Under the pieces are notes generated by a model. It was not told the origin of the DNA, searched no databases, and was given only the letters and a program-made list of their open reading frames with translations. From the NCBI GenBank assembly GCA_964574995.1, contig CAZNPF010000013.1:9050-73049 (forward strand): 64,000 nucleotides of DNA, in the 5' to 3' direction. Source of the stretch: an uncultured Pseudomonadales bacterium (GTDB lineage: Bacteria; Pseudomonadota; Gammaproteobacteria; Pseudomonadales; JADFDG01). Within the stretch, counting starts at the first letter, position 1, and each line of letters starts with the position of its first letter. Shown one piece after another: positions 10,515 through 22,460 of this stretch. The translations under genes and the position numbers were made by a program.

Positions 10515-12823
10515 CAGTGCGACTCAACGCGAATCCGGATACCGACGCGCGCCGCCAGCACATCAAAGCCCGGGAAGCTGGTACCAACTGTCGCGCAGTC
10601 GTGAATCAGGATTTCACCCTGGGCGCGCAATGCGGCCACGGTAAACGACATGGCAATGCGGTGATCGTTGTGGCTGGTGACTTCGCCGCCACCAAAGATG
10701 GCCTCCGGGGTCGCTGTACCGCGCCCGTCGATGACGATGCCGTCCGCTGTTGGTTGCGCATCAATCCCCAGCGTTTTCAAACCGTCCGCCATCACTTGGA
10801 TGCGATCACTTTCTTTCACCCGCAACTCTTCCGCCCCGGTCAGCACGGTGCGGCCATGCGCACAGGATGCCGCCACAAACAGCACGGGGAATTCATCAAT
10901 TGCCAATGGCACCAAATGTTCGGGAATCGTGATGCCGCGCAACGGCGCGTAACGCACACGGATATCCGCCACCGGTTCGCCGCCCACAGTGCGCTCGTTG
11001 ATGATCGTGAGATCGCCGCCCATAAGTTTCAGGATGTCGATAATGCCGGTGCGCGTCGGATTAATACCGACATGCTCCAACACGATATCGGAGCCGGGAG
11101 CGATGGACGCTGCCACCATAAAAAATGCGGCTGAAGAAATATCAGCCGGGACATCAATGCGGCACGCTTTCAGCTTTCCACCGCCACGCAGGCTGATGCG
11201 ATTGCCTTCCGTTTTTACGTCGTAACCAAAACCGCGCAGCATGCGCTCGCTGTGATCGCGCGTCGGGGCCGGCTCAGTTATCGAAGTTTCACCGTCAGCC
11301 CAAAGCCCTGCCAACACAATGGCCGATTTCACCTGCGCACTGGCTACCGGCAGGTCGTAATGGATGCCTTTGAGTTTTTGTTTGCCGCTGATTTTTACCG
11401 GCGGCGTACCTTTTTCACCGGTGGTGGCAATTTGTGCGCCCATCAAGCGCAATGGTTTTGCCGCACGCTCCATCGGCCGCTTGCTCAACGAGGAATCACC
11501 GGTCAGCGTGGTATCGAACGCCTGCGCTGACAAAATTCCGGAGAGCAAGCGCATCGACGTGCCAGAGTTACCCATATAAAGCACATCTTTTGGCGCTTTC
11601 AGCCCATGCATACCAACGCCATGAATGCGTACGCGACCCGCATTCGGCCCTTCAATCACCACGCCCATATCGCGAAATGCTTGCAGCGTGGCCAATGCAT
11701 CCTCGCCTTCCAGAAAGCCTTCGACATCTGTCACGCCTTCTGCCAGCGATCCCAGCATGATCGAACGATGCGAAATGGATTTGTCGCCGGGCACGCGTAC
11801 GCGTCCTTGCACCAAACCACCAGGAGAAACGCGATATTGGGTATTGCCGTGGGTCATGATCGATTTCCGGTCGAGCGATTCCGGCTCACCCGCCTGCACC
11901 CACTGGTGCGCGGCGACATAACCGGTCTGCAAGTTCATGGCTGTGAAATGGTCGCGTGCACTTTTGGCACGGGTAAAAACACCTAGCAATTCATCGCCTT
12001 GACCGTTCGCGATGGCGCTGCGCATTGTTTGCAGATCCATCATGTAACGATCGAGCACCTTGAGGGCGCCTTCGCGATTATTAAGAAAAATATCCCGCCA
12101 CATCACCGGATCGCTGGATGCGATGCGCGTGAAATCACGGAAGCCGCCGGCGGCATAACGAAAAATTTCGCGGTTATCCTGCATCTGCGCCAAGCAATCG
12201 ACGAGGGTGTACGCGAGCAAATGCGGCAGATGGCTGGTGGCCGCCAATACTTCGTCATGATGTTCAGGCGTCATCACCAACACCTGCGCACCCACCGCCT
12301 CCCACAAGGCACGCACACGATGCAGTGCATCGCTATCCGTGTTATCCAATGGCGTCAGGATCACTTTGTGATTGACGTACAATTCAGAATTGGCGGCAGT
12401 GACGCCACTCTTTTCGGCCCCTGCAATGGGATGCGCCGGTACAAATCTCGGCGGCAATTTTCCTAGCGCACGCTGCGCCGCTGACACCACCGAAGCTTTG
12501 ACGCTGCCGACATCGGTGATGATTGCGTGTGGCTCCAGCACGTCACGCACCGCCGTGAGCACAGATTCCGTCGCACCCACCGGCATCGCTAACACAACCA
12601 GATCAGCACCACGAACTGCGTCGCGCGGATCAGCACAGGCTTCGTCAATCAAACCCAACGCACAACCTTCTTCCCGCGTGCGTTGCGAGCGCGCATGGGC
12701 AGCAACACAATCCACCAGCATGCGTTTTTTCATTGCAGCCGCCAGTGAGCCGCCAATCAGGCCAAGCCCTAAAAATGCGACGCGACGAAAATGTGGCAAC
12801 TGGGAACGGTTATGCGCGCTCAC
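10514..12823 (-). CDS. aroA: Bifunctional prephenate/arogenate dehydrogenase - 3-phosphoshikimate 1-carboxyvinyltransferase (TyrA-AroA fusion)
   Basis: 769 aa. The N-terminal ~290 aa have a dehydrogenase Rossmann motif (FLGLGLIGGS). The C-terminal ~440 aa are an EPSP synthase (GNSGTSMRLL, RVKESDR). The same fusion is known in Pseudomonas. Confidence 0.9.
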   Translation of the reverse strand: MSAHNRSQLPHFRRVAFLGLGLIGGSLAAAMKKRMLVDCVAAHARSQRTREEGCALGLIDEACADPRDAVRGADLVVLAMPVGATESVLTAVRDVLEPHAIITDVGSVKASVVSAAQRALGKLPPRFVPAHPIAGAEKSGVTAANSELYVNHKVILTPLDNTDSDALHRVRALWEAVGAQVLVMTPEHHDEVLAATSHLPHLLAYTLVDCLAQMQDNREIFRYAAGGFRDFTRIASSDPVMWRDIFLNNREGALKVLDRYMMDLQTMRSAIANGQGDELLGVFTRAKSARDHFTAMNLQTGYVAAHQWVQAGEPESLDRKSIMTHGNTQYRVSPGGLVQGRVRVPGDKSISHRSIMLGSLAEGVTDVEGFLEGEDALATLQAFRDMGVVIEGPNAGRVRIHGVGMHGLKAPKDVLYMGNSGTSMRLLSGILSAQAFDTTLTGDSSLSKRPMERAAKPLRLMGAQIATTGEKGTPPVKISGKQKLKGIHYDLPVASAQVKSAIVLAGLWADGETSITEPAPTRDHSERMLRGFGYDVKTEGNRISLRGGGKLKACRIDVPADISSAAFFMVAASIAPGSDIVLEHVGINPTRTGIIDILKLMGGDLTIINERTVGGEPVADIRVRYAPLRGITIPEHLVPLAIDEFPVLFVAASCAHGRTVLTGAEELRVKESDRIQVMADGLKTLGIDAQPTADGIVIDGRGTATPEAIFGGGEVTSHNDHRIAMSFTVAALRAQGEILIHDCATVGTSFPGFDVLAARVGIRIRVESH

Positions 12824-13917
12824 GCCAGCACCTTCTGCAAAGCCTGCAGGAAACGCGCATTTTCTTCTGGCATTCCCACACTGACGCGCAATTGGCGCGG
12901 CATGTTGTAGCCCGCCAAGGGACGCACGATCACGCCTTCACGCAACAGCGCCTCATAAACCGGCTGCGCCGGTCGTGCGCAATCAAAGGTCAGAAAATTA
13001 CCAATAGAAGGGATGACGCCCAATCCCAAAGAAGCCAAACCGTGCGTGATCTGTACCAGTCCTTCGCGATTGATTTGCACTGAACGTGCCAGATACTCGT
13101 CATCGTCCAGTGCCGCTTCGGCAGCGGCCAAAGCAGGTGCCGATACATTGAATGGCTGCCGCACGCGATTAAGCAGATCCGCAATTTGCGGCGAACTCGC
13201 CGCGTAACCCACGCGCAAGCCCGCAAGGCCGTACGCTTTGGAGAAAGTGCGCGTCACAATTACATTGGCGTAACGTGCCAGATAATCGAGCCCATTCGGA
13301 TAGCGCACATCACTAACGTATTCGCTATAAGCCTCATCAAGCACCACCACGACTTTTTCTGGTACAGCCGCCATAAACTGCTCGAAAGCCGTGCGATCAA
13401 ACCACGTACCCGTGGGGTTATTCGGATTTGCTAACCAGACCACGGCCGCGTTTTGTGCAGCAGCTGCCATCTTTTCGAGATCGTGACCAAAACTGCGTGA
13501 CGGTACGCTCACACACTCAGCGCCCACGGCTTGCGAAGAAATCGGATACACCGCGAATGCGTATTGGCTGAACACCGAGCGGCGGCCCGGACCCAGAAAC
13601 ACACGCGCAATCATGTCCAAGAGATCATTAGAGCCGTTGCCCAACGTGATGCGCTGCGGATTCAAACGAAACTTTTCGCTGATCTTCTTTTTCAGTGCAA
13701 AGCCGCCGCCATCGGGATACAGCGTCATCTCACGTAATGCACGCTCCGCTGCCACTAATGCTTTGGGCGATGGCCCCAACGGATTCTCATTGCTGGCGAG
13801 TTTGACGATATTGCTGATACCCAGCTCACGCTCTAATTCGCTGATCGGCTTGCCGGGTACATAAGGAGCCAGCGTTTGCACGCCACTGACAGCTTGCGCA
13901 CGAAAATCGACCGCCAT
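12820..13917 (-). CDS. hisC: Histidinol-phosphate aminotransferase
   Basis: SNENPLGPSP and TFSKAYGLAGLRVGY (PLP Lys) motifs. I set the start to ATG 13917, 4 nt after the pheA stop. There is a 4-nt overlap with tyrA-aroA at the 3' end. Confidence 0.9.
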   Translation of the reverse strand: MAVDFRAQAVSGVQTLAPYVPGKPISELERELGISNIVKLASNENPLGPSPKALVAAERALREMTLYPDGGGFALKKKISEKFRLNPQRITLGNGSNDLLDMIARVFLGPGRRSVFSQYAFAVYPISSQAVGAECVSVPSRSFGHDLEKMAAAAQNAAVVWLANPNNPTGTWFDRTAFEQFMAAVPEKVVVVLDEAYSEYVSDVRYPNGLDYLARYANVIVTRTFSKAYGLAGLRVGYAASSPQIADLLNRVRQPFNVSAPALAAAEAALDDDEYLARSVQINREGLVQITHGLASLGLGVIPSIGNFLTFDCARPAQPVYEALLREGVIVRPLAGYNMPRQLRVSVGMPEENARFLQALQKVLA

Positions 13918-13921
13918 GACG

Positions 13922-15013
13922 TCAAAGCACCGCTTTGGGATAGGAGCCCAGCACACGCACATCCAGCGCTGCACTCTGCACGGCCTTCAGCGCGGCCTGC
14001 ACAGGCGCGTCATCAAGATGACCTTCACAGTCGATGAAGAACACATAACTCCAATTGGCATTGCGCGAAGGCCGGCTTTCCAAGCGCGTCAGCGAAATCC
14101 CTTCACGATTGAACGGTTCCAGCAAGTTATACAGTGCGCCCGGCTTATCACGCATCGAAACCAGCAATGAAGTCTTATCTTCACCACTGCGCGCTACGCA
14201 GTCACGGCCAATCACCAGAAAACGCGTGGTGTTATTGGGATTATCTTCAATATTTTCGGCAACCTTATTGAGGTTGTAGAGCTCTGCCGCCACATCACCC
14301 GCAATAGCTGACGCGTGCCACTCTCCGCGAATACGGCGCGCCGCTTCTGCATTGGAAGAAACCGCCACACGCTCGACGCCTGGCAAATGCGTATCCAACC
14401 ATTGCCGGCACTGCGCTAACGACTGCGAGTGCGAGTAAACGCGTGAAATATTCTCGCGTTTGTTGTTTTCGCTGATCAGCAAATGGTGATGAATACGCAA
14501 CTCGACTTCGCCGCACACCCGCAAATTAAAGCGCATGAAGCTGTCGAGCGTATGCGTCACCATGCCTTCGGTGGAGTTCTCCACCGGTACGACACCGTAA
14601 TCCGCCGCACCCGCCTCGACTTCACGGAATACATCATCGATAGCCGCCAGCGGCACCGAGTCTGCGCCATGGCCAAAATGCTTGATCGCAGCCTGCTGCG
14701 TGAACGTACCTTCCGGCCCCAGATAAGCCACACGCAATTTTTGCTCCAGCGCCAAGCAGGCCGACATCACTTCACGGAAAATTCGCGCCATGGCTTCGCC
14801 AGAGAGCGGGCCGTTATCCGCCTCTTTCATCCGGCGCAGAACTTGCGCTTCGCGCTCGGCACGATAAAAAACCGTGGTTTCCGGTGCTGCAGCACGTTTC
14901 ACATCAGCAACGCGATGTGCGCAACGCGCACGCTCGACCAACAACGCACGTACCTGATCGTCAATAACGTCGATCTGTGTGCGAAGTTTTTTCAGTTCGT
15001 CATCGCTGCTCAT
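13922..15013 (-). CDS. pheA: Bifunctional chorismate mutase / prephenate dehydratase (P-protein)
   Basis: 363 aa. It has an N-terminal chorismate mutase helical region, a prephenate dehydratase core and a C-terminal ACT domain with LTRLESRPS. Confidence 0.93.
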   Translation of the reverse strand: MSSDDELKKLRTQIDVIDDQVRALLVERARCAHRVADVKRAAAPETTVFYRAEREAQVLRRMKEADNGPLSGEAMARIFREVMSACLALEQKLRVAYLGPEGTFTQQAAIKHFGHGADSVPLAAIDDVFREVEAGAADYGVVPVENSTEGMVTHTLDSFMRFNLRVCGEVELRIHHHLLISENNKRENISRVYSHSQSLAQCRQWLDTHLPGVERVAVSSNAEAARRIRGEWHASAIAGDVAAELYNLNKVAENIEDNPNNTTRFLVIGRDCVARSGEDKTSLLVSMRDKPGALYNLLEPFNREGISLTRLESRPSRNANWSYVFFIDCEGHLDDAPVQAALKAVQSAALDVRVLGSYPKAVL

Positions 15014-15052
15014 ATGGGGCTGCTCATTCGAGGCTGCTCGTGCGGGTTTCTA

Positions 15053-16132
15053 TCAGCCGTAACGGTTGGCAAAATCCTTCATAAACGTCACCAGCGCATC
15101 CACAGCCGCCTCTGGAACGGCGTTGTACAAACTGGCGCGCATTCCGCCTACCGACCGGTGCCCCGCGAGATACAACAAACTTGCCGCTTCAGCTTCCTTG
15201 AGGAAGATCTTTTCTAAGTTGGCATTTTCCAGCGTGAATGGCACGTTCATCCATGAGCGAAATTTTGGATCAACCGGGCTGGCGTAAAAGCCACTGCCAT
15301 CGATGTAGCGATACAGTTTCGACGCTTTGCGTTGGTTGATCTCAGCCATCGCTTTCAGGCCACCCTGCTGCTTCACCCACTGGAAAACTAACCCCGAGAG
15401 GTACCACGCATAAGTCGACGGCGTGTTGTACATGGAGCCGTTATCCGCAGCGATCTTGTAATCGAGCATCGCGGGTGTTCCCGGCAATACCTCACCGATC
15501 AAGTCTTCACGAACAATCACCACGACCAAGCCGGCTGGCCCGATATTTTTTTGTGCCCCGGCGTAAATCAGCCCGTACTTCGATACATCAATGGGCCGCG
15601 ACAAGATTGTGCTGGAAAGATCGGCCACCACCGGCACATTCACATCCGGAACAAATTCGAATTCCACCCCATGAATGGTTTCATTCGGGCAGATATGCAA
15701 GTAGGCCGCATCATCAGAATGCTTCCAAGTTGCCGGATTCGGTACTGTGGTGAAGTTCTTTGCTTCCGCACTGGCCACCACATTGACCTTGCAATATTTG
15801 CCCGCCTCAAGAATGGCCTTGGTCGACCACATACCGGTGTTGAGGTAATCGGCCGATTTTTTTCCACGCAGCAAGTTCATTGGCACCATTGCGAATTGCG
15901 TGCTGGCACCACCTTGCAGAAACAACACTTTGTAATTCGCTGGGATAGCCAACAACTCACGCAAATCGCGTTCAGCCTGCTCAGCGATACCAACGAAGTC
16001 AGCGCCGCGATGGCTCATTTCCATGACCGACAGGCCCTTGCCGTGCCAATCGGGCAATTCTGCTTGCGCCTGTTTCAGAACGGCTTCCGGTAGCGCGGCT
16101 GGGCCAGCGCAAAAATTCCACTTGCGGGACAT
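15053..16132 (-). CDS. serC: Phosphoserine aminotransferase
   Basis: The canonical N-terminus MSRKWNFCAGPAALPEAVL begins at ATG 16132, 1 nt after the gyrA stop. The track start 16255 lies inside gyrA. Confidence 0.93.
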   Translation of the reverse strand: MSRKWNFCAGPAALPEAVLKQAQAELPDWHGKGLSVMEMSHRGADFVGIAEQAERDLRELLAIPANYKVLFLQGGASTQFAMVPMNLLRGKKSADYLNTGMWSTKAILEAGKYCKVNVVASAEAKNFTTVPNPATWKHSDDAAYLHICPNETIHGVEFEFVPDVNVPVVADLSSTILSRPIDVSKYGLIYAGAQKNIGPAGLVVVIVREDLIGEVLPGTPAMLDYKIAADNGSMYNTPSTYAWYLSGLVFQWVKQQGGLKAMAEINQRKASKLYRYIDGSGFYASPVDPKFRSWMNVPFTLENANLEKIFLKEAEAASLLYLAGHRSVGGMRASLYNAVPEAAVDALVTFMKDFANRYG

Positions 16133-16133
16133 C

Positions 16134-18743
16134 TCACTCCGCTCCTGTTTCCGAGTCATCCGTCGGCGAAACAGATCCTTCCGCGGTGGGCTCATCGCCC
16201 TCCTCGCCCATCTCCTGTAAACGCACCACGCCGACCAGTTTTTCGCCGGCATCAAGTTTGATCAAGGTGACGCCTTGCGCATTGCGCCCAGTCTCACGCA
16301 CTTCATCCACACGAGTACGCACCAGTGTGCCCTTGTCAGAAATCAGCATCAGTTCGTCACTGCCATGCACCTGCACCGCTGCGACTAATTCACCGTTGCG
16401 GTCCGATGTCTGAATTGCAATGGTGCCGCCACCACCGCGCCCTTGCAGACGGAATTCGTCCACCGGCGTGCGCTTGCCATAACCGTTGGCGCAAGCCGTC
16501 AGCACTTGCGCCGTCTTGTCAGCCACGATCAACGACACCACACGGAAACCGTCTGGCAAACGAATACCGCGCACGCCGCTCGCACCGCGACCCATGGCGC
16601 GCACGTCCGATTCGTGGAAGCGAATGGCTTGGCCTTCGTTAGAGAACAACATGATGTCGTCATCACCGCTGGTGAGTGCGACGCCGACCAGCTTGTCGTC
16701 ACCGTCGAGATCAATCGCAATGATGCCGGCAGTGCGTGGACGCGAGAACGCCTCCAGTTCCACTTTTTTCACCGTGCCATCACCGGTGGCCATGAACACG
16801 TATTTGCCTTGTTCAAAGCCTTTGCCCTTGAGCGGCAAAATGGCCGTGACTTTTTCGTGATCAGCCAGCGACAGCAGATTTACCAACGGCTTCCCACGCG
16901 AACCGCGGCCGCCTTGCGGCAACTCATACACTTTGATCCAGTACACGCGGCCCGCTGAGGTGTAACACAGCACGGTGTCGTGCATGTTGGCCACCAGCAA
17001 ATGCTCGACGTAATCCTCTTCTTTCACCGCCGTCGCGCTCTTGCCGCGACCGCCACGTTTTTGTGCGCGGTAATCGGTGAGCGGCTGCGTTTTGGCATAA
17101 CCCGCGTGTGAAATCGTGACCACCACCTGCTCGTTAGCGATGAGGTCTTCTGTCGACAAATCTTCTTGGCTGGCAATGATCTCGGTGCGGCGCGCATCAC
17201 CAAATTGTTCGCGCACGGCAACCAGCTCACTGCGGATCACCTGCATCAGGCGTTCCGGGTTAGCCAGAATCAAACCCAGCTCACGAATACTTTCCAGTAA
17301 ATCACCGTACTCGCTGATCAGTTTTTCGTGCTCGAGGCCCGTCAGTTTTTGCAGACGCAAATCGAGAATGGCTTGTGCCTGATCTTCGCTCAGCCAATAT
17401 TTGCCACTGCGGAAACCCAATGCCGCGGGCAAACCTTCTGGTCGACAGGCATTTTCGTCGCCCGCACGCGTCAGCATTTCGGTGACAACGCCTGGCAACC
17501 AACCCTGCGCCATCAACGCTTCACGGGCTTCCGCCGCGCCCGGCGAGGCTTTGATCAGCGCGATTACCGGATCGATATTGGCCAGCGCCACCGCCAAACC
17601 TTCCAAGATGTGGCCGCGCTCACGCGCCCTGCGCAGTTCGAACACCGTCCGCCGCGTCACCACTTCGCGACGATGACGAACAAATGCCTCAATCATTTCG
17701 CGTAGGTTCAACAATTTTGGCTGGCCATCGACCAAGGCCACCATGTTGACGCTGAACGCACTCTGCAACTGCGTCTGCGCGTAGAGATTGTTAAGCACCA
17801 CTTCCGGCATCGCATCTTTCTTGATCTCGATGACGATGCGCATGCCGTCCTTGTCAGACTCATCGCGCAGCTCAGCAATGCCTTCGATCTGTTTTTCCTT
17901 CACCAGCTCCGCAATGCGCTCAATCAGGCGCAATTTGTTCAGCTGATACGGGATCTCGGTGATGATGATCGATTCACGTCCGGAACGATCATTCGTTTCA
18001 ACTGCGGCACGTCCACGCACCACGATCCGGCCACGCCCGGTGCGATAAGCATCCAGAATGCCGGCACGGCCATTGATGATGGCGGCAGTGGGGAAATCCG
18101 GGCCTTTGATGTGTTCCATCAGGCCATCGATGGTGATGCTTTCGTCATCGACAAAAGCCAAACAACCGTTGATCACTTCCGTCAAATTGTGCGGCGGAAT
18201 GTTGGTGGCCATACCCACCGCAATACCGGCCGACCCGTTCACCAGTAGGTTCGGGATTTTGGTCGGCAGTACCGCCGGAATTTGTTCGGAGCCGTCGTAG
18301 TTGGGCACCCAGTCGACGGTTTCTTTTTCGAGATCCGCCAGCAATTCATGCGCGATACGCGACATGCGCACTTCCGTGTAACGCATCGCGGCAGGGTTAT
18401 CGCCGTCGATGGAACCGAAGTTGCCTTGGCCGTCGACCAGCATGTAGCGCAGCGAAAACGGCTGCGCCATACGCACGATGGTGTCGTACACCGCCAAGTC
18501 GCCGTGCGGGTGATATTTACCGATGACATCACCGACCACACGGGCCGATTTCTTGTACGGCTTGTTCCAGTCGTTAGACAACTCGTGCATGGCGTACAGC
18601 ACACGCCGGTGCACAGGTTTCAGGCCATCGCGAACATCTGGCAACGCACGACCCACGATCACGCTCATCGCGTAATCGAGATATGACTGCTTGAGTTCTT
18701 CTTCGATGTTGACGGGGGTGATTTCGCGAGCGATGTCGGTCAT
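16134..18743 (-). CDS. gyrA: DNA gyrase subunit A
   Basis: [47 protein letters not shown] at the N-terminus. The active-site Tyr is in AAMRYTE. The tail is acidic. Start at ATG 18743. Confidence 0.97.
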   Translation of the reverse strand: MTDIAREITPVNIEEELKQSYLDYAMSVIVGRALPDVRDGLKPVHRRVLYAMHELSNDWNKPYKKSARVVGDVIGKYHPHGDLAVYDTIVRMAQPFSLRYMLVDGQGNFGSIDGDNPAAMRYTEVRMSRIAHELLADLEKETVDWVPNYDGSEQIPAVLPTKIPNLLVNGSAGIAVGMATNIPPHNLTEVINGCLAFVDDESITIDGLMEHIKGPDFPTAAIINGRAGILDAYRTGRGRIVVRGRAAVETNDRSGRESIIITEIPYQLNKLRLIERIAELVKEKQIEGIAELRDESDKDGMRIVIEIKKDAMPEVVLNNLYAQTQLQSAFSVNMVALVDGQPKLLNLREMIEAFVRHRREVVTRRTVFELRRARERGHILEGLAVALANIDPVIALIKASPGAAEAREALMAQGWLPGVVTEMLTRAGDENACRPEGLPAALGFRSGKYWLSEDQAQAILDLRLQKLTGLEHEKLISEYGDLLESIRELGLILANPERLMQVIRSELVAVREQFGDARRTEIIASQEDLSTEDLIANEQVVVTISHAGYAKTQPLTDYRAQKRGGRGKSATAVKEEDYVEHLLVANMHDTVLCYTSAGRVYWIKVYELPQGGRGSRGKPLVNLLSLADHEKVTAILPLKGKGFEQGKYVFMATGDGTVKKVELEAFSRPRTAGIIAIDLDGDDKLVGVALTSGDDDIMLFSNEGQAIRFHESDVRAMGRGASGVRGIRLPDGFRVVSLIVADKTAQVLTACANGYGKRTPVDEFRLQGRGGGGTIAIQTSDRNGELVAAVQVHGSDELMLISDKGTLVRTRVDEVRETGRNAQGVTLIKLDAGEKLVGVVRLQEMGEEGDEPTAEGSVSPTDDSETGAE

Positions 18744-18944
18744 GTCCGGCGTGCGTTCCTGCTGTCTGGGCCTAGCGTTCTGGCCTTGATTCCAAGGGGT
18801 GTGCAGCGCAGTTGCGCCGCACAAATCCAGCCCCCGGAAAAGCGGGCAAGTCTAGCACAGCACCCCCCTCTTTCCGGGGCCTCCGCTATACTCCCGGCCG
18901 CCCAAAATCCACCCGGGCACCGCCTGATTTCCGGACCCTTCCTC

Positions 18945-20297
18945 ATGAACGCCAACGACACCCCGACCCTTGTCATCGAGCCTGGCTATGTGGTCACCAT
19001 TGACCGTGACAACCGGGTCCTGCGCGATCATGCCGTGGTGGTTCGTGATCGAAAAATCACCGCCATCGTTTCCACCGAAGATGCACATCGCCGTTGGCCG
19101 AAAGCCGAACGCCTCACGTTGCCCGATCACGCCCTGATGCCTGGGCTGATCAACGCGCATACCCATTTGGCCATGAACCTCTTCCGTGGCTTGGCCGATG
19201 ACCTGCCATTAATGACTTGGCTGCAGGAACACATCTGGCCCGCCGAGGGCGCATGGGTCGCCGAAGAATTCGCGCATGACGGTTCCTTGGCAGCGATGGC
19301 GGAGATGATTCGCGGCGGTGTCACCACGTTTGCCGATATGTATTTTTTTCCGGATGCCACAGCACGTGCTGCCCGCCAGGCAGGATTACGCGCGGTCTTG
19401 CATGCGCCAGTGCTGGAATTTCCGACCGCTTGGGCGCAAAACGCGGATGAATACATCCACAAGGCATTGGCCTTGCGCGATGACTACAAGAACCACCCGC
19501 TCATCACCATTGGTATCGGCCCACACGCGCCTTACACCGTGCAGGACCCTGCGTTAAAACGCATTCTGATGCTCACCAATGAGCTGACCGTGCCGATGCC
19601 GATACAAATGCATGTGCATGAAACGGCATTCGAAGTGCAGGAAGCAACCAAGGATGGGGGGCTGCGGCCGCTGGCGCGCCTGCATGCGTTAGGGCTGACC
19701 GGGCCGTCATTCCAGTGCGTGCACATGACACAAATCGACGATAACGATCTCGAGATTCTCGCGGCCTCCGGCTCACACGTGATTCACTGCCCCGAATCGA
19801 ATCTGAAACTGGCCAGCGGCTTCTGCCCAGTCGACAAATTGCAAAAAGCCGGCATCAACGTGGCGCTGGGTACCGATGGCGCTGCGTCCAATAACGATCT
19901 CGATTTGTTTAGTGAAATGCGTACAGCTGCACTGCTGGCCAAAGCGGTTTCCGCCGATGCCACGGCTTGCCCGGCAACCACTGCGTTACGCATGGCGACG
20001 ATCAACGGCGCCAAAGCGCTGGGGTTGGATGCGCTCACCGGTAGCATCGAAACCGGCAAGCAGGCAGATCTCATCGCCGTGAATCTGAGCGCTCTAGAAA
20101 CACAGCCTCTGTATAACGTTGTTTCGCAATTGGTGTACGCCACCGGCCGCCATCAAGTCAGTCACAGTTGGGTCGCCGGTGAGCCTTTGCTCATCAACGG
20201 TGAGTTGCAGACGTTGAATGCAGAGCACATCAAACGCGTGGTCGCTCAGTGGGCCACACGTATTGCAGAAAAAACATCGACGACTAGCCACGCATGA
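18945..20297 (+). CDS. mtaD: Amidohydrolase, 5-methylthioadenosine/S-adenosylhomocysteine deaminase (MtaD/TRZ-ATZ family)
   Basis: 450 aa from ATG 18945. It has the HxH metal motif [10 protein letters not shown]. It sits directly upstream of ubiG with an ATGA overlap, as in Pseudomonas. Confidence 0.8.
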   Translation: MNANDTPTLVIEPGYVVTIDRDNRVLRDHAVVVRDRKITAIVSTEDAHRRWPKAERLTLPDHALMPGLINAHTHLAMNLFRGLADDLPLMTWLQEHIWPAEGAWVAEEFAHDGSLAAMAEMIRGGVTTFADMYFFPDATARAARQAGLRAVLHAPVLEFPTAWAQNADEYIHKALALRDDYKNHPLITIGIGPHAPYTVQDPALKRILMLTNELTVPMPIQMHVHETAFEVQEATKDGGLRPLARLHALGLTGPSFQCVHMTQIDDNDLEILAASGSHVIHCPESNLKLASGFCPVDKLQKAGINVALGTDGAASNNDLDLFSEMRTAALLAKAVSADATACPATTALRMATINGAKALGLDALTGSIETGKQADLIAVNLSALETQPLYNVVSQLVYATGRHQVSHSWVAGEPLLINGELQTLNAEHIKRVVAQWATRIAEKTSTTSHA

Positions 20298-20998
20298 GTA
20301 CGCACAATGTCGACCCGGCAGAAATTGCCAAGTTCGAAGCGCTCGCCGCTCGCTGGTGGGATCCACGCAGCGAATTCAAACCGTTGCACGACATCAACCC
20401 ACTACGGCTGGACTGGATCGACACACACGCCAAGCTTGCTGGAAAGCGCGTAATCGACGTCGGTTGTGGTGGAGGCATTCTTGCCGAAAGCATGGCGCGG
20501 CGTGGCGCGGTCGTCACCGGCATCGACATGGGTGGTGCGCCCTTGGAAGTCGCCCGCCTGCATGCACAACAAGAAGGTGTGATCTTGGAATACCGGCAAG
20601 GAACGGCCGAGGAATTGGCCGCCGAACGCACCGGGCAGTACGACGTCGTCACTTGCATGGAAATGCTGGAGCATGTGCCTGATCCGGCTTCTGTGGTTGC
20701 CGCTTGCTCAGCACTCGTTAAACCCGGTGGCCACGTTTTTTTCTCCACGATCAATCGCAATCCCAAATCTTGGCTATTTGCCATTGTGGGTGCCGAGCAT
20801 GTGTTGCGGCTGCTGCCGAAAGGCACGCACGAGTATGGAAAATTCATTCGGCCCAGCGAGCTGGCCGGCTGGATCCGCGATGCAAACCTCAACATGGACA
20901 GTCTGACCGGTATGCATTTCAACCCACTGTCTAGCCGTTACTGGCTCGGCCCAGGTGTTGACGTAAATTACATTGTTCACACGGTAAAACCTGCATGA
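20294..20998 (+). CDS. ubiG: Bifunctional 3-demethylubiquinol 3-O-methyltransferase / 2-polyprenyl-6-hydroxyphenol methylase
   Basis: N-terminus [19 protein letters not shown] and SAM motif [13 protein letters not shown]. Confidence 0.92.
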   Translation: MSTHNVDPAEIAKFEALAARWWDPRSEFKPLHDINPLRLDWIDTHAKLAGKRVIDVGCGGGILAESMARRGAVVTGIDMGGAPLEVARLHAQQEGVILEYRQGTAEELAAERTGQYDVVTCMEMLEHVPDPASVVAACSALVKPGGHVFFSTINRNPKSWLFAIVGAEHVLRLLPKGTHEYGKFIRPSELAGWIRDANLNMDSLTGMHFNPLSSRYWLGPGVDVNYIVHTVKPA

Positions 20999-21699
20999 AT
21001 CCACCACAGCCGCATTTTTTTGTTGGTGTAAAAAAATGGGACGCCGTGTTGTTCGATCTCGACGGCACACTGCTCGATACCGCGCCAGATTTCATCGCCG
21101 TGGTCAACGCCATGCTGACGGATCGCGGCCGTCCCGCATTACCAACCGACACCATTCGTGCCGTGGTTTCTGACGGAGCGCGTGCATTGGTCGCGTTGGC
21201 TTTTCCCGAGCACACTCAGGACGATGCTGCCATTGATGCGCTCAACGTCGAGTTACGTGAGCGTTACGCAAAGCACCTCGCCGTTTTTACGCATCTTTTT
21301 CCTGGGCTGGATGAACTGCTGCACGCACTCGAACAACGCAACGTGCCGTGGGGTATCGTCACCAATAAACCCAGCCTTTACACACTACCGCTACTCGATG
21401 CGCTGAATTTATCGGCGCGCTGCGCAAGTGTGGTTTGCCCTGATCAAGTGACTCACCCCAAGCCGCATCCAGAGCCGATGTTCAAAGCCTGCGCACAAAT
21501 TGGTGTCGACCCCGCACGATGCCTTTATGTCGGCGATCACGAGCGAGACATTGCTGCGGGCCGTAACGCCGGCATGGCCACGGCCATCGCTGGTTGGGGT
21601 TATATCGGCGAAAACGAAAGACCACAGGACTGGCGCGCTGATTTCACCGCAGCCAGCGTGCGCGAGCTGCGCGAACTTTTGACGGAAACGCTTGCATGA
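20995..21699 (+). CDS. HAD-IA phosphatase (phosphoglycolate phosphatase / MupP-like)
   Basis: Motif I is [11 protein letters not shown] and motif IV is [12 protein letters not shown]. The gene follows ubiG with an ATGA overlap, which is the position of mupP in pseudomonads. Confidence 0.75.
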   Translation: MNPPQPHFFVGVKKWDAVLFDLDGTLLDTAPDFIAVVNAMLTDRGRPALPTDTIRAVVSDGARALVALAFPEHTQDDAAIDALNVELRERYAKHLAVFTHLFPGLDELLHALEQRNVPWGIVTNKPSLYTLPLLDALNLSARCASVVCPDQVTHPKPHPEPMFKACAQIGVDPARCLYVGDHERDIAAGRNAGMATAIAGWGYIGENERPQDWRADFTAASVRELRELLTETLA

Positions 21700-22460
21700 A
21701 CATCACACTACCCACCGGCTGGCAAATCAACCCCAACACCCTCAAAGACAAGATCATTCTCATTACGGGCGCTGGTGATGGTATTGGGCGTGCCTGCGCA
21801 TTGATGTGCGCGCAGGCCGGTGCGACCGTTTTATTGCTGGGCCGCACCAAGAAAAAACTCGATAAGGTTTACGACGAGATCATAGCACAAGGTGGCGCCG
21901 AACCCGGTTTGATCCCGCTGAACTTGCTGACAGCGCGCTCCGCTGAATTTGATCAACTCTCGGGAATGCTGGACCAAGAATTCGGTCATCTCGACGGCAT
22001 CCTGCATTGCGCCGCTATGCTGGGTGACATCACACCGCTGGAAATGGCGTCGCCTGACACTTGGCAACAAGTGCTACAGACCAATTTAACGGCTCCCGTG
22101 CTTCTCACGCAGTCGATGATGCCGTTGATTCGTGCATCCAACGCCGCCTCCATCGTCTTCACCAGCTCCAGCGTTGGCCGCCGAGGCCGCGCATTCTGGG
22201 GAGCCTATGCCGTCAGCAAAGCCGGCATCGAATCCGTCACGCAAATTCTTGCCGACGAACTCGAACACACCGAAAAAATTCGCGTAAATGCCGTAAATCC
22301 CGGCGCCACTCGTACCGCAATGCGCGCTTATGCCTATCCGGCAGAAAATCCGATGACGCTGAAAACACCTGAAGAAATTGCGCCGATTTTCTGCTGGTTG
22401 CTCAGCGATGACAGCAAAAACGTGAATGGCCAATCGATCGACGCACAACCAAAAGCCTAG
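21696..22460 (+). CDS. yciK: YciK-like SDR family oxidoreductase
   Basis: ILITGAGDGIGRA (TGxxxGxG) and YAVSKAG (YxxxK) motifs. ATGA overlap with the upstream gene. Confidence 0.75.
   Translation: MNITLPTGWQINPNTLKDKIILITGAGDGIGRACALMCAQAGATVLLLGRTKKKLDKVYDEIIAQGGAEPGLIPLNLLTARSAEFDQLSGMLDQEFGHLDGILHCAAMLGDITPLEMASPDTWQQVLQTNLTAPVLLTQSMMPLIRASNAASIVFTSSSVGRRGRAFWGAYAVSKAGIESVTQILADELEHTEKIRVNAVNPGATRTAMRAYAYPAENPMTLKTPEEIAPIFCWLLSDDSKNVNGQSIDAQPKA

Noticed and set aside
10517-12466. Series of 100-205-aa plus-strand ORFs (10517..11134, 11606..11986, 11999..12466 and others)
   Set aside because: All are antisense to the tyrA-aroA fusion gene. None has an RBS or recognisable motifs. They are shadow ORFs.
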